Notes: a model not told the origin generated them from the letters alone. 20,291 bases of DNA from a bacterium (GCA_041739675.1 JBGSNL010000049.1:1-20291); one strand, 5' to 3'. Shown: positions 1 through 9,150, numbered from the stretch's first letter. Numbers and translations: made by a program.

Positions 1-255
1 CACATCCTGAATGCGGTGGACATCCCGCAGGGCACGGACCGCTTAAGCGCCAATACGTTGGTGGGGGATTACACGCAGTGGGCGGTCATTAAAGATCTGA
101 AGAACCGCGTACTCTACTTCCGCTCATATAATGATATGTCGCTTCGATCGATAGATTTGAAAAAGGTCGATTTTTCGCCTGGCGCATCTCTCAAGTCGAT
201 TGAGATCTACGGAGGGACCGGTGCGGTCGAGGATGTGACAGCCAAGTTGAAGTAA
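1..255 (+). CDS. Choloylglycine hydrolase / linear amide C-N hydrolase family protein (Ntn hydrolase), C-terminal part, 5'-truncated by window
   Basis: Frame is open from base 1: HILNAVDIPQG...DYTQWAVIKDLKNRVLYFRSYND...IDL, which matches the HILNxxDIPxG / YTQW..xDL C-terminal pattern of this family. Confidence 0.8.
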   Translation, partial: HILNAVDIPQGTDRLSANTLVGDYTQWAVIKDLKNRVLYFRSYNDMSLRSIDLKKVDFSPGASLKSIEIYGGTGAVEDVTAKLK

Positions 256-315
256 CAGGCGAACATTCGGCGGCAAAGTTGTCTATTTGGCGAAGTAGCT
301 TCAGGGGCAAGCCGC

Positions 316-344
316 TTGCCAGTTCATCGCATTAGTATTATATT
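316..344 (+). promoter_or_regulatory. Putative sigma70 promoter
   Basis: TTGCCA (316-321), 17-nt spacer, TATATT (339-344), 29 nt upstream of ATG 374. Confidence 0.4.
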
Positions 345-373
345 GCCCGGCAAATGTTTTATCGGGGGATGAA

Positions 374-889
374 ATGAATTCAACAACCGTGACTCAGAAG
401 CAATATATTAGGTACATGCTGGTGGCGGGCCTCGTGGCGGTCTCTTTGGGCGGATGGCTTCTGCATTTGAAAATCCATCCCGTGAGCGAGGATGCTGAAT
501 ATTTCATTCCGGCGATATCTGGAATTTTGAGCGTCTTCATAATTCCGGCTCTTTTTCTCTACAGGAAGACGATCCCCTACGCTTATGTGATAAGCGGCAT
601 CACGGTGATTGTCGGCACGGTCACGATGGGTCATCTCTCCATCGTGCATCTGGGGGAAAAAGGTTTCACACTTTACAACGTACTGTTCGAAACGCTTCTC
701 GCTGATATCGCCGTCTTGTGGACGAAGCTGGTGCTGGCCAAATCGATATTCGAGCTCGATCTGCTTCAATCAGCGGAGCAATTGAAGCGAACAGGGAGAT
801 TTTTCCGCTATCCCAATTGGGGATACTGGTTCGTCCACCTTTTTGCAATTTCGACCGTCTACACGCTGGGCCACTTTTTGTGGAGATAA
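374..889 (+). CDS. Hypothetical multi-pass membrane protein with His residues in or near TM helices (171 aa)
   Basis: GGGGGA RBS, about 4-5 hydrophobic segments, His in WLLHLKIH, MGHLSIVH and FVHLFAISTVYTLGH. Confidence 0.75.
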   Translation: MNSTTVTQKQYIRYMLVAGLVAVSLGGWLLHLKIHPVSEDAEYFIPAISGILSVFIIPALFLYRKTIPYAYVISGITVIVGTVTMGHLSIVHLGEKGFTLYNVLFETLLADIAVLWTKLVLAKSIFELDLLQSAEQLKRTGRFFRYPNWGYWFVHLFAISTVYTLGHFLWR

Positions 890-892
890 TAT

Positions 893-988
893 ATGAATAG
901 ATTCTTACTTTTTACGCCTGGCTGGTGGATCCTTCATATGATAGCCATCCTTTTCTTCTTCTGGCTCGGCCATATCGTTGATTTCTAG
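893..988 (+). CDS. Small single-TM protein, 31 aa (MNRFLLFTPGWWILHMIAILFFFWLGHIVDF), not in the ORF track
   Basis: ATG 893 to TAG 988, GGAG RBS upstream, fills the gap between two co-oriented genes, and resembles the C-terminal helix of the upstream protein. Confidence 0.7.
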   Translation: MNRFLLFTPGWWILHMIAILFFFWLGHIVDF

Positions 989-1002
989 CGCAGGGGGAAA
1001 CC

Positions 1003-1332
1003 ATGGCTGATTTTTGGAAGAAAAAATGCGTGCCGTGCGAGGCCGGCGCGCCGGCCCTCTCGGGAAACGTCCTCAAATCATATGTGGATGAGCTCAAAGG
1101 GGGTTGGGAGCTGAAAGACGGAAATCATATCGAAAAGACGTTCCGTTTTAAAAACTTCGCAGAGGCGCTTGCCTTCACAAACAAGATAGGTCAAGTAGCA
1201 GAAGAAGAGGGGCATCATCCGGACATTTATCTCTCATGGGGAAGGGCGAAGGTAACTTTGTGGACACATAAGGCAAAAGGGCTGACCGAAAACGATTTTA
1301 TAATGGCTGCCAAGATCGACAGGCTAAATTGA
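1003..1332 (+). CDS. phhB: Pterin-4-alpha-carbinolamine dehydratase
   Basis: KCVPC N-terminus, FKNFAEALAF, EEEGHHPDI catalytic motif, WTHKAKGLTENDFIMAAKID. Confidence 0.93.
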   Translation: MADFWKKKCVPCEAGAPALSGNVLKSYVDELKGGWELKDGNHIEKTFRFKNFAEALAFTNKIGQVAEEEGHHPDIYLSWGRAKVTLWTHKAKGLTENDFIMAAKIDRLN

Positions 1333-1351
1333 AGAAGGGACTCTTTCTCAT

Positions 1352-2383
1352 ATGGAAATAGCGATAATCGGATTACCACAGAGCGGCAAGAGCACGCTCT
1401 TCGAGATCATGACGGGCGTTGCCAGCCGGGAGAAGTTCGGCGAGCCCACGGTGCGCGCCGTAGCGCGCGTGCCCGACCCCCGTTTCGACGAGCTTGTGAA
1501 GATTTTCAAGCCGCGCAAAATATCGCCGGCCACGGTGCCGTTCATAGACATTAACGCCGCGGGTGAGGATGCATGGGCGAATCTGCGCAAGCTTGCGGGC
1601 GACGCCGCCGGCATCCTGCATATAGTGGACGGTTTCACGAAGAAGTCTCAAGATGAGATGGTGGCGGCCTACCGCAAACTCTCCGATGAGTTGACCATTT
1701 CCGATCTTGCTATCATCGAGCACAAAATCGAAAGGCTCACAAAAATATCGAAGGCACACTTGAAGCCTGAGGATGCGATGCATGCGGCGCTTCTTCCGAG
1801 GCTCAAAGAGGCGCTTGAAGGAGGCCTGGCGCTTAGAGACTTAAAACTCACCGATGAGGAACACAAATCTCTCAGGGGTTTCACCTTCTGGACGATAAAA
1901 CCCGAGCTTATCGTTCTCAATACTAATGAGGAGGCTGAAAGCATTGCGGATTCTTTTGTAGCCAGTACGAAGACGAGCTCGCCCGTAATCGATATCGCGT
2001 GCCAGATCGAAATGGAGATATCGCATCTGCCGCCGGCCGAGAGGGTGCCATTTCTCAAAGAGATGGGCATCCCCGAGCCCGCGTTTGAAAAGATAATCCG
2101 GACGGCGTTCAGGCTTCTTGACAGAATATGGTATTACACCGTGGGTGAGGACGAGGTGAAGGCGTGGGTGATCCCCGCGGGATCTACAGCTCCGAAGGCC
2201 GCGAGCGCCATCCATAAGGATTTCGAGCGCGGTTTCATCAAGGCCGAGGTCGTATCGTACGATGATTTCATGGCGTCGGGAAAGAGCATCGCGTCGGCGC
2301 GCAGCGCTGGAAAGTTAAGACTCGAGGGAAAAGAATATATCGTCCAAAACGGCGATATAATCTCTTTCCGTTTCAATGTGTGA
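1352..2383 (+). CDS. ychF: YchF/Ola1-family ATPase (divergent), with C-terminal DUF933/TGS-like domain
   Basis: P-loop GLPQSGKST, VPDPR, TVGEDEVKAW, APKAASAIHKDFERGFIKAEV, RLEGKEYIVQNGDIISFRFNV. Confidence 0.85.
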   Translation: MEIAIIGLPQSGKSTLFEIMTGVASREKFGEPTVRAVARVPDPRFDELVKIFKPRKISPATVPFIDINAAGEDAWANLRKLAGDAAGILHIVDGFTKKSQDEMVAAYRKLSDELTISDLAIIEHKIERLTKISKAHLKPEDAMHAALLPRLKEALEGGLALRDLKLTDEEHKSLRGFTFWTIKPELIVLNTNEEAESIADSFVASTKTSSPVIDIACQIEMEISHLPPAERVPFLKEMGIPEPAFEKIIRTAFRLLDRIWYYTVGEDEVKAWVIPAGSTAPKAASAIHKDFERGFIKAEVVSYDDFMASGKSIASARSAGKLRLEGKEYIVQNGDIISFRFNV

Positions 2384-2486
2384 CGGGATAACCGTTTTTT
2401 GGTTGGAATAAGCGACGGAAAAGTTATATAGGAGTCCAAACAAACCAAGGCTCGCCACTAAACCGTCGGCGGGCGAGGAGGTAAAT

Positions 2487-3089
2487 ATGCCGTACACACT
2501 TCCGGATCTGCCTTTTACGAAAGACGCATTGAAGCCGCACATTTCGTCCGAGACGCTTGATTACCATTACGGTAAACATCACGCGGCCTACGTCACAAAT
2601 CTCAACAATCTTCTGGAAGGAACGGGTCTGGATAAATTGCCGCTTGAAGAGCTTATTGTGAGCGGTGTCGAAAAGGTCCCCTCCGACAAACGGACCGGCG
2701 TTTTCAACAATGCGGCGCAGGTCTACAACCACACCTTTTACTGGAACTGCATGAAGCATTCCGGTGGCGGAGCGCCCACGGGCAAGTTGGCCGATGCCAT
2801 CACAAAATCATTCGGGAGTTTTGATAAGTTCAAAGAGCTCTTCACAAAGACGGCCGTCGGCCATTTCGGCAGCGGATGGGCCTGGCTGGTGAAAACGGGC
2901 AGCGGCACTCTGGAAGTCTATTCCACATCCAATGCCGCCACACCCCTTACGGAAAAGAAAACGCCGCTTCTAACCTGCGACGTGTGGGAGCACGCGTATT
3001 ATATAGATTATCGCAACGCGCGCGCGAAGTACGTCGAGGCGTTCTGGAACGTCGTCAATTGGGATTTTGTCTCAAAGAATTTTGGCTGA
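2487..3089 (+). CDS. sodB: Superoxide dismutase [Fe]
   Basis: [20 protein letters not shown] (AAQ is Fe-type), [26 protein letters not shown]. Confidence 0.95.
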   Translation: MPYTLPDLPFTKDALKPHISSETLDYHYGKHHAAYVTNLNNLLEGTGLDKLPLEELIVSGVEKVPSDKRTGVFNNAAQVYNHTFYWNCMKHSGGGAPTGKLADAITKSFGSFDKFKELFTKTAVGHFGSGWAWLVKTGSGTLEVYSTSNAATPLTEKKTPLLTCDVWEHAYYIDYRNARAKYVEAFWNVVNWDFVSKNFG

Positions 3090-3126
3090 TGGCTTAAAGA
3101 AGGTCCATAACGACGGGGGAGCTGCC

Positions 3127-4386
3127 ATGGCGAGAAAAACTTCTTCGCTCACTGCTATAATAATTGCCGTTGCATTCGTTGTGGGAATTGCGGCCTGCGG
3201 CGGAGGGGGTTCGACAAATCCCTCGCCCACAGCCAAGGGATACATAGTACTTTCCTGGAACAACTTGGGCATGCATTGCCTGAATCCCACCTTCCAGACC
3301 CTCGCGATACTGCCGCCGTACAATACTCTCTGGGCGCAGGTGATAAGGAAGGGCGAAGCGCCTGAGGTCGTGACGTCGGGCATCACGGTCGAATACAGTT
3401 TTGCCGAGAACACATATTCGGCGGCCTCCACTCCGCAGAAAACCGATTTCTGGACTTATGTGAAGCAGCTCTTCGGTGCCGATCTGGCACCCGACATGGG
3501 GCTAGCGGGGAAAACTCTTTCGGGCCAGATGGATCTCGTCGGCGACCATTTCGAAGCCGTAGGGATACCTCTCACGGAGTTTCGCGATGCGGATGCCACA
3601 GCCGGCGGTGACTATAAGACGTGGACCCGCTATCCTTATCAGCTTGCGACCGTCATTGTGAAAAGCGCCGTGACCGGCGAGGAGCTGACGCGCGCCACGG
3701 TGGTCGCTCCTGTTTCAAGCGAGATTAACTGTTCAAATTGTCACGGCGATACTGGGGATGCTACGACGTCATATCCTATCACGCCATCGGGGACCGAAAA
3801 CGTCGATCTCAACATCTTAAGGATTCATGACTTTCTTAGTGCCACGACGCTGGAGGCCTCGCAGCCGGTTTTGTGTGCTTCATGCCACGCATCGAACGCA
3901 TTGGGCACGGCCGGAGTTCCGGGGGTGAATAGCTTGTCGAACGCCGTGCACGGCCATCACAAGGACCTAGCAGACATCACTCCCGACACGGACGGCTGCT
4001 ATAATTGCCATCCGGGACCGGTGACCAAATGTTTGCGGGATGTGATGACGACGAAGGGCGAAGTTGCCGGTTGCGTCACCTGCCACGGGACGATGGCCAC
4101 GGTTGCGGTCAATGCCAATCCTTGGCTCAACGAGCCGCGCTGCGACAGTGCCACCTGCCATGGTGCAAGATATGCGCAGGACAAGGCGCTGTACCGCGAA
4201 TCGAAGGGGCACCATGGCATATACTGCGCGGCGTGCCACGACAGCCCGCATGCGATAGCGCCCAGCCGCGAAGCCAACGACGCATTGAAGTTTACCGCGT
4301 TTCAGGGGCATAACGGTCCTATAGATACCTGTAGCCTCTGCCACACGTCCGAGTCGGGCGGGATTGTGCATGAGGAAGATGATTAG
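3127..4386 (+). CDS. Multiheme c-type cytochrome lipoprotein (6 CxxCH + 1 CxxxxCH), 419 aa
   Basis: ATG 3127 after GGGGGAG RBS; lipobox IAAC; WNNLGMHC N-domain; CSNCH, CASCH, CYNCH, CVTCH, CDSATCH, CAACH, CSLCH. Confidence 0.9.
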   Translation: MARKTSSLTAIIIAVAFVVGIAACGGGGSTNPSPTAKGYIVLSWNNLGMHCLNPTFQTLAILPPYNTLWAQVIRKGEAPEVVTSGITVEYSFAENTYSAASTPQKTDFWTYVKQLFGADLAPDMGLAGKTLSGQMDLVGDHFEAVGIPLTEFRDADATAGGDYKTWTRYPYQLATVIVKSAVTGEELTRATVVAPVSSEINCSNCHGDTGDATTSYPITPSGTENVDLNILRIHDFLSATTLEASQPVLCASCHASNALGTAGVPGVNSLSNAVHGHHKDLADITPDTDGCYNCHPGPVTKCLRDVMTTKGEVAGCVTCHGTMATVAVNANPWLNEPRCDSATCHGARYAQDKALYRESKGHHGIYCAACHDSPHAIAPSREANDALKFTAFQGHNGPIDTCSLCHTSESGGIVHEEDD

Positions 4387-5347
4387 GAAGACCGTTAGGC
4401 GTCTGTGGGAGACACTAGCGTCGGTGGAGATGGCGGCGGTTCTCTTTGTGCTCATCATTGCGGCGGCTCTTGCCGGTGTGTTTACCTCTTATGATGTGTA
4501 CCATGCTTCATGGTTCGCGGGTCTTCTGGCCGCATTCGGTATCAACCTTTTCGCCTGCACAGCCCAAAGAATTTCGGCCGGCAAAGTCAGGATAGGTTCG
4601 CTTCTCTCCCATCTGGGTATTCTCGTAATCTTGGCCGGTGTGATCGTCAGCGCGATGCTGAGCGAGCGCGGCCAGATCTCGATTTCGGAGGGCGAGACGC
4701 TGAACGCGTACAGTACCGGCAGGCGCGTCAATCGGATGCCCTTCGGCATCCGGCTCGACGACTTCAATCTGGAATGGAAAAATCAGACGCCGCACGAAAT
4801 TGAAATCGTGGTCAGGGATGCACGCGTAAGGCAGTCGCTGGATGTCGATGTCGGAGGGATCTACGATATAGCAAGTAGCGGTTATTCCATCGAAGTTATG
4901 CGTTTTGTCCCCGATCTTTTTGTTGATAGCGGAATGAATGTCGTTTCAAGAAGCGACAATCCGGGAAACCCCGCGCTCCTGGTCCGTATAAGCCGCGGCG
5001 ACAAGGTGGAGGCGCGCTGGCTCTTCGCCCGCTATCCCGACTTTACGATGGAGCGCGACGGCAATATCGGCCTCGCTTATAAATTCGGAAAGAGCCCGGG
5101 GGATTTCAAGAGCACGGTTACGATATTTGACGAAGGGAAAGGGCGCCTGACCGGCACGATAGAGGTGAACCACCCGCTCAAGTACAGGGGCTATTCATTC
5201 TATCAGGCGAATTACGATCCGGCGAGTCTCCAATGGACGGGCCTCGAAGTTGTCCGCGATCCGGGCGTCCACGTTGTGTTTGCCGGAATTTTGCTTCTCA
5301 ATTTGGGCGTCGTGATAATGTTGTACCGCAGGAGTGTCAAATCATGA
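4370..5347 (+). CDS. resB: Cytochrome c biogenesis System II protein, ResB/Ccs1-like
   Basis: Three N-terminal TMs ending in SHLGILVILAG, a periplasmic domain with IEVNHPLKYRGYSFYQ, and RDPG plus a C-terminal TM. Start is 4370 or 4379. Confidence 0.85.
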   Translation: MRKMIRKTVRRLWETLASVEMAAVLFVLIIAAALAGVFTSYDVYHASWFAGLLAAFGINLFACTAQRISAGKVRIGSLLSHLGILVILAGVIVSAMLSERGQISISEGETLNAYSTGRRVNRMPFGIRLDDFNLEWKNQTPHEIEIVVRDARVRQSLDVDVGGIYDIASSGYSIEVMRFVPDLFVDSGMNVVSRSDNPGNPALLVRISRGDKVEARWLFARYPDFTMERDGNIGLAYKFGKSPGDFKSTVTIFDEGKGRLTGTIEVNHPLKYRGYSFYQANYDPASLQWTGLEVVRDPGVHVVFAGILLLNLGVVIMLYRRSVKS

Positions 5348-6129
5348 GCGCAGTCAACATAAGCATCGCACTGTATTTTGCCGCCTGCGTTTTCTATTTT
5401 GCAGGCGGAATATTCAAGCGCCCCAAAATCGTGAGAATTGCTTCGGCGATTCTTGCCGGCGGTATCGTTTCAAATATGGTTGCCGTGGCTATGAGATGGT
5501 ACATGGCGGGCCGCCCGCCGCTCTCGAATATGCACGAGTCGCTTGTTTTTATCGCGTTTTCTATCGCGCTTGTGTCGCTCATCGTGGAGCTCAAGTACGA
5601 AATAAGTGCAATCGGAGCATTTGCCGCACTTATGGCCCTTCTGGCGCTGGGTTATGGCTCTATTCTTGACACGGCGATAACGCCGCTTTTGCCGGCGCTC
5701 AAGAGCAATTGGCTTATCATCCACGTGACAGCGTACTTCATAGCCTACGGGGCGCTGGCGGTTGCGACAATCGCGGCCGCAATCTATCTTGTCATGGCAT
5801 GGACGCACTTTTCGGATAGAGAGTTTTTAAATAGTCTCGACGGTCTTTCCTTTCGCCTGATCCTTTTTGCTTTTCCATTCCTGACGGTGGGACTTACCAC
5901 CGGCGCGGTTTGGGCGAACGTGGCGTGGGGCAGATACTGGGGCTGGGACCCTAAGGAGACGTGGTCCTTGATCACATGGCTCATCTACGCGCTCTATCTT
6001 CACCTGCGCTCGATGCGCGGTTGGAGAGGGGGACAGACGGCCGCCGTTGCTGTCGCCGGTTTTGTATTCGTCGTCTTCACCTTCATGGGCGTTAATCTTC
6101 TAATGGGAGGTCTGCACAGCTACAAATAA
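5344..6129 (+). CDS. ccsA: Cytochrome c biogenesis protein CcsA/ResC (cytochrome c synthase)
   Basis: WWD motif WGRYWGWDPKETW, PALKSNWLIIH, C-terminal GLHSY; ATGA overlap with the resB stop. Confidence 0.93.
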   Translation: MSAVNISIALYFAACVFYFAGGIFKRPKIVRIASAILAGGIVSNMVAVAMRWYMAGRPPLSNMHESLVFIAFSIALVSLIVELKYEISAIGAFAALMALLALGYGSILDTAITPLLPALKSNWLIIHVTAYFIAYGALAVATIAAAIYLVMAWTHFSDREFLNSLDGLSFRLILFAFPFLTVGLTTGAVWANVAWGRYWGWDPKETWSLITWLIYALYLHLRSMRGWRGGQTAAVAVAGFVFVVFTFMGVNLLMGGLHSYK

Positions 6130-6135
6130 GCCCGA

Positions 6136-6507
6136 TCAACCACGTTCTTTCATCATCTCGTCTATTGTCGCGAAAAGCTTCTCTTTGGTGATGGGTTTTT
6201 GCAGAAAGTGGGCGTGATTCACCCTTTTCAATTTTTCCATTATCTCGGGGCCCAAAACGCTGACCACAAGCACGGGGATGGATTCCGTCTTTGCGTCACT
6301 CTTGAGGTATACGAAAAACGAATCTCCGGCGATGGGTTCCATGATGATGTCCAGTATTATGAGATCGTAGTTCTGTGACGTCAGCCTTCTTAAGGCAGGC
6401 ATGGTTCCGGTTTCAATATCGATCTTGTAATTGTCCTGGTCGCTGAACATGTCCTTGTAAATATCCTGCATGTCTCTTTCGTCTTCCACGATCAGAATTC
6501 GCTTCAT
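6136..6507 (-). CDS. Single-domain (CheY-like) response regulator
   Basis: ILIVEDE, DLIILDIIM (phospho-Asp), VVS, QKP; 4-nt overlap with the kinase gene. Confidence 0.9.
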   Translation of the reverse strand: MKRILIVEDERDMQDIYKDMFSDQDNYKIDIETGTMPALRRLTSQNYDLIILDIIMEPIAGDSFFVYLKSDAKTESIPVLVVSVLGPEIMEKLKRVNHAHFLQKPITKEKLFATIDEMMKERG

Positions 6508-8462
6508 ATTTTCCCTCCTTTGAAAGCGGGAAGGGTGGCGGTAACGATTGTGCCCTTCCCCTCACCCCTTGAGTTCACTTTAATCCTTCCGCCGTTTCTT
6601 TCAAGTATTTCTTTGCAGATGGGAAGTCCAAGCCCGACGCCGGGAATGGACGATGTTTGTTTATAGAACTTCTCAAAAACGCGTGCTATCGATTTTTTCG
6701 AAATACCGATCCCAGTATCCTTGACCATGACATTTATGTTGGTTCCGGCACGGGCCGCCGAGATTCCAATTCCTCCGCGCTCCGTAAATTTGACCGCATT
6801 GTCTATCAGGTTTGACAGGACGGACCTGAGATCATACTTGTCCATGAACACAAAATCCGCGTTCTTCGGAATGAAGGTTTTTACATCCAGATTTTTGGCG
6901 TCGATCAAATAACGGAAGTCGCGGAGGACCTCGCGGAGAGCTTTTGAGATCGACGCTTTTTGCTTTGAGATTTCCCTTTTCTGTTCGATCGAAGAGAAAC
7001 TCAATATATTGTCGATGTCTTTTCTGAACCTTTGAATATTTCCCTGGGCCATCTTGAATGCTTTCTTTAAGCGCACGCCGTCGTTTTTGTTCATGGCGCT
7101 GCCAAGCATATCAAGCGACATCTGGCAGAGGGCCATCGGAGTCTTGAGTTCGTGCGAGACGTCCCTGATGAGGTTCTCTTTCATCGCGGTTATTTTCTTT
7201 CTTTCCGTGATATCTTCGGCAAAACCGAAGAAATTGACGATCTCACCTTTCGAGTTTCTGTAAGGGATGACAACAAGATGGACAGGAAAAGTCTCACCGT
7301 TTTTGCGCCTAAAGTTGAGTTCCCCGTCAAATATGCCTTTCTTCGCAGCCGTGTGTACGACATTTTCGGCTTCTTCCCGTGATTCATGTAAGTTGGATGG
7401 AGTAAGCTTTCCTACAGCCTCCTTGGCCGAATACCCCAACATTATCTCAGAATATTTATTCCACAATACGAACTTCCCCGATTGGTCTATGATTCCCATG
7501 TGCAGCGGTACATTGTCATATGAAAGCCGGTAACGCTCTTCGCTGCGTCTCAGCGCCTCTTCGGCTTTCTTGCGCTCTGTGATGTCTATGTTGAATTCAG
7601 CCACCAGCCACTCTCCGTCGGGGTTTCGAAAGGGGATGGTGTGCACCTGGATCACACGGTTGTTTTCGCGCGGCAGCACCTCCTCGGTTACAATGGACCT
7701 CTTTGTCTTGAGAGCCCGCGGAATACCGCAAGTGGAACAGGCCTTGTCCTTTCCCATGAAATATTCGTAACATTTGCGGCCTGCCGGTTCACCGTATATC
7801 TTTTTCCATGCCGGATCCACGTACCGGATGTTATAGTCGCTATCAATCACGTCAACGTTGGTGTTGGTGGCGCCAAGGACGTATTCCAGCCTTTCCTTGG
7901 TTTCCCGAAGTTCCGTTTCCATCCTCTTGCGCTCTGTGATGTCGCGGACGATTCCGAATTCTCCGATGATTTTGCCCCCCTTGATCATCGGCGCGCTTGT
8001 GAATTCGCCTGTCACGTAATTGCCCGACTTGGTTCTTATTCTAAGCTCATACGGGCGGGGCGACTTTCCTTTAAGGACATGGCGGAAGGTGTCGAACGCG
8101 AGCGACAGATCGTCGGGATGGACGAGCGATAAAAAGGCCTTGCCTATGAAATCTTCGCGGCGCCAGCCCGTCACCTTTTCGAAGGCGGGGTTCAGGGAAT
8201 TGATTGTCTCGGTCTCAGCCGAAACTGCATAGATGACGTCAGGGGCGTTTTCAAAAAGGATGCGGTAGCGCTCCTCGCTCTCCCTCAGCGCATCTTCGGC
8301 CTTCTTTCGTTCCGTTATGTCCTCACCCGAACTGATGGCGGCGATCGCCTTTCCTTTATCGTCTCTTAGAAGTGCGTTGTGCCATGCGATCTGCCTTTCT
8401 TCACCCGTGCCGGTCAGTATGGGATTTTCGTTGTACTCGCTCACATCAATTTCGCCGGACAT
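6504..8462 (-). CDS. PAS-domain histidine kinase, C-terminal fragment (partial PAS + 3 PAS + HisKA + HATPase)
   Basis: Repeated DITERK PAC ends, H-box SHELKTPM, N-box NLIDNAVKF, DTGIGI, GLGLPI; no clear SD before ATG 8462. Confidence 0.7.
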   Translation of the reverse strand: MSGEIDVSEYNENPILTGTGEERQIAWHNALLRDDKGKAIAAISSGEDITERKKAEDALRESEERYRILFENAPDVIYAVSAETETINSLNPAFEKVTGWRREDFIGKAFLSLVHPDDLSLAFDTFRHVLKGKSPRPYELRIRTKSGNYVTGEFTSAPMIKGGKIIGEFGIVRDITERKRMETELRETKERLEYVLGATNTNVDVIDSDYNIRYVDPAWKKIYGEPAGRKCYEYFMGKDKACSTCGIPRALKTKRSIVTEEVLPRENNRVIQVHTIPFRNPDGEWLVAEFNIDITERKKAEEALRRSEERYRLSYDNVPLHMGIIDQSGKFVLWNKYSEIMLGYSAKEAVGKLTPSNLHESREEAENVVHTAAKKGIFDGELNFRRKNGETFPVHLVVIPYRNSKGEIVNFFGFAEDITERKKITAMKENLIRDVSHELKTPMALCQMSLDMLGSAMNKNDGVRLKKAFKMAQGNIQRFRKDIDNILSFSSIEQKREISKQKASISKALREVLRDFRYLIDAKNLDVKTFIPKNADFVFMDKYDLRSVLSNLIDNAVKFTERGGIGISAARAGTNINVMVKDTGIGISKKSIARVFEKFYKQTSSIPGVGLGLPICKEILERNGGRIKVNSRGEGKGTIVTATLPAFKGGKI

Positions 8463-8522
8463 TATCTTGTTAAATACGCTTTTGACCTCTTTTTTGAATT
8501 TCTTCGGCAGAAAATTGTCGAA

Positions 8523-9086
8523 CTAGTTTTTTCCGATTATGTCATCGCAACTGTATCCTAAAATATCGCATCCTTTTGTGTTGATGAGGGTCACTTTCTG
8601 GTCTGGATTTATGGCGACGATTATCATCGCCGTCGTGTCAAGGTACGATTTAAACGTATTGCGCTCCCGCTTCAGCTCGTCTTCAATTCTCTTCTGCTCT
8701 GTGATGTCACGGACGTATTCGATGACCCCCTTCATCTTTCCCGTGGACGTATCGATGAGGGGAAACGCGTAGAGATCAAGCCAGCCCACAATTTTACCGC
8801 CCGGACCTCTCTTCGGAACCACTTCGTTAGAAGGTTTTCCCGTCCGGAGGGTATGGCTCGTGGGGCAGACCTCGCACATCGTGTCCCTGCAGTGGTAGGC
8901 CTCAAAGCACCTCTTGCCGATGAGAGGCATGGCGTGTGAGTACCACTTTTCCATTGCCGGATTGACTCTGATTATATGGAAGTTCGTGTCGAGGATGCTG
9001 ATTCCGTCCTGAATGGAGGAGAAGACATCCGAAAGGAAGCGCTCGTTCTCCTGAAGTCTCTTAAGGAAGTTCTGCGAAGGCTCCAT
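8523..9086 (-). CDS. PAS-domain protein, N-terminal fragment of the split kinase
   Basis: AAGGAG RBS; PAS with CFEAYHCRDTMCEVC; RDITEQK; the second PAS is cut by TAG. Confidence 0.65.
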   Translation of the reverse strand: MEPSQNFLKRLQENERFLSDVFSSIQDGISILDTNFHIIRVNPAMEKWYSHAMPLIGKRCFEAYHCRDTMCEVCPTSHTLRTGKPSNEVVPKRGPGGKIVGWLDLYAFPLIDTSTGKMKGVIEYVRDITEQKRIEDELKRERNTFKSYLDTTAMIIVAINPDQKVTLINTKGCDILGYSCDDIIGKN

Positions 9087-9150
9087 TTTGCTCCTTCAGC
9101 CTCTATATGGCCAAACTTCGCGGTGTAAATGCAAGCGATTTTATGAACCG

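Larger units (their letters stand above)
6504..9086 (-). pseudogene. Multi-PAS (5 PAS) sensor histidine kinase, 860 codons, interrupted by one in-frame TAG at 8525-8523
   Basis: ORFs 8523..9086 and 6504..8462 are in the same frame. The junction reads IIGKN*FDNFLPKKFKKEVKSVFNKIMSGE, where GKNWFD is expected. Confidence 0.8.

Noticed and set aside
3067..3126. Longer starts given by the ORF track (3067; likewise 5233, 14524, 14817, 16725, 17329)
   Set aside because: Downstream ATGs have clear RBSs or stop-start coupling, place signal peptides at the N-terminus and avoid overlaps with neighbouring genes or regulatory elements.
8523..8525. Genome-wide TAG recoding or pyrrolysine insertion
   Set aside because: TAG is the normal stop of several intact genes here (ends at 988, 4386, 9151, 12951, 14838), no pyl genes are in the window, and the site corresponds to Trp (TGG).
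6504..9086. Repeated DITERK-encoding DNA as a repeat array
   Set aside because: Explained by tandem PAS/PAC domain ends within a coding sequence.
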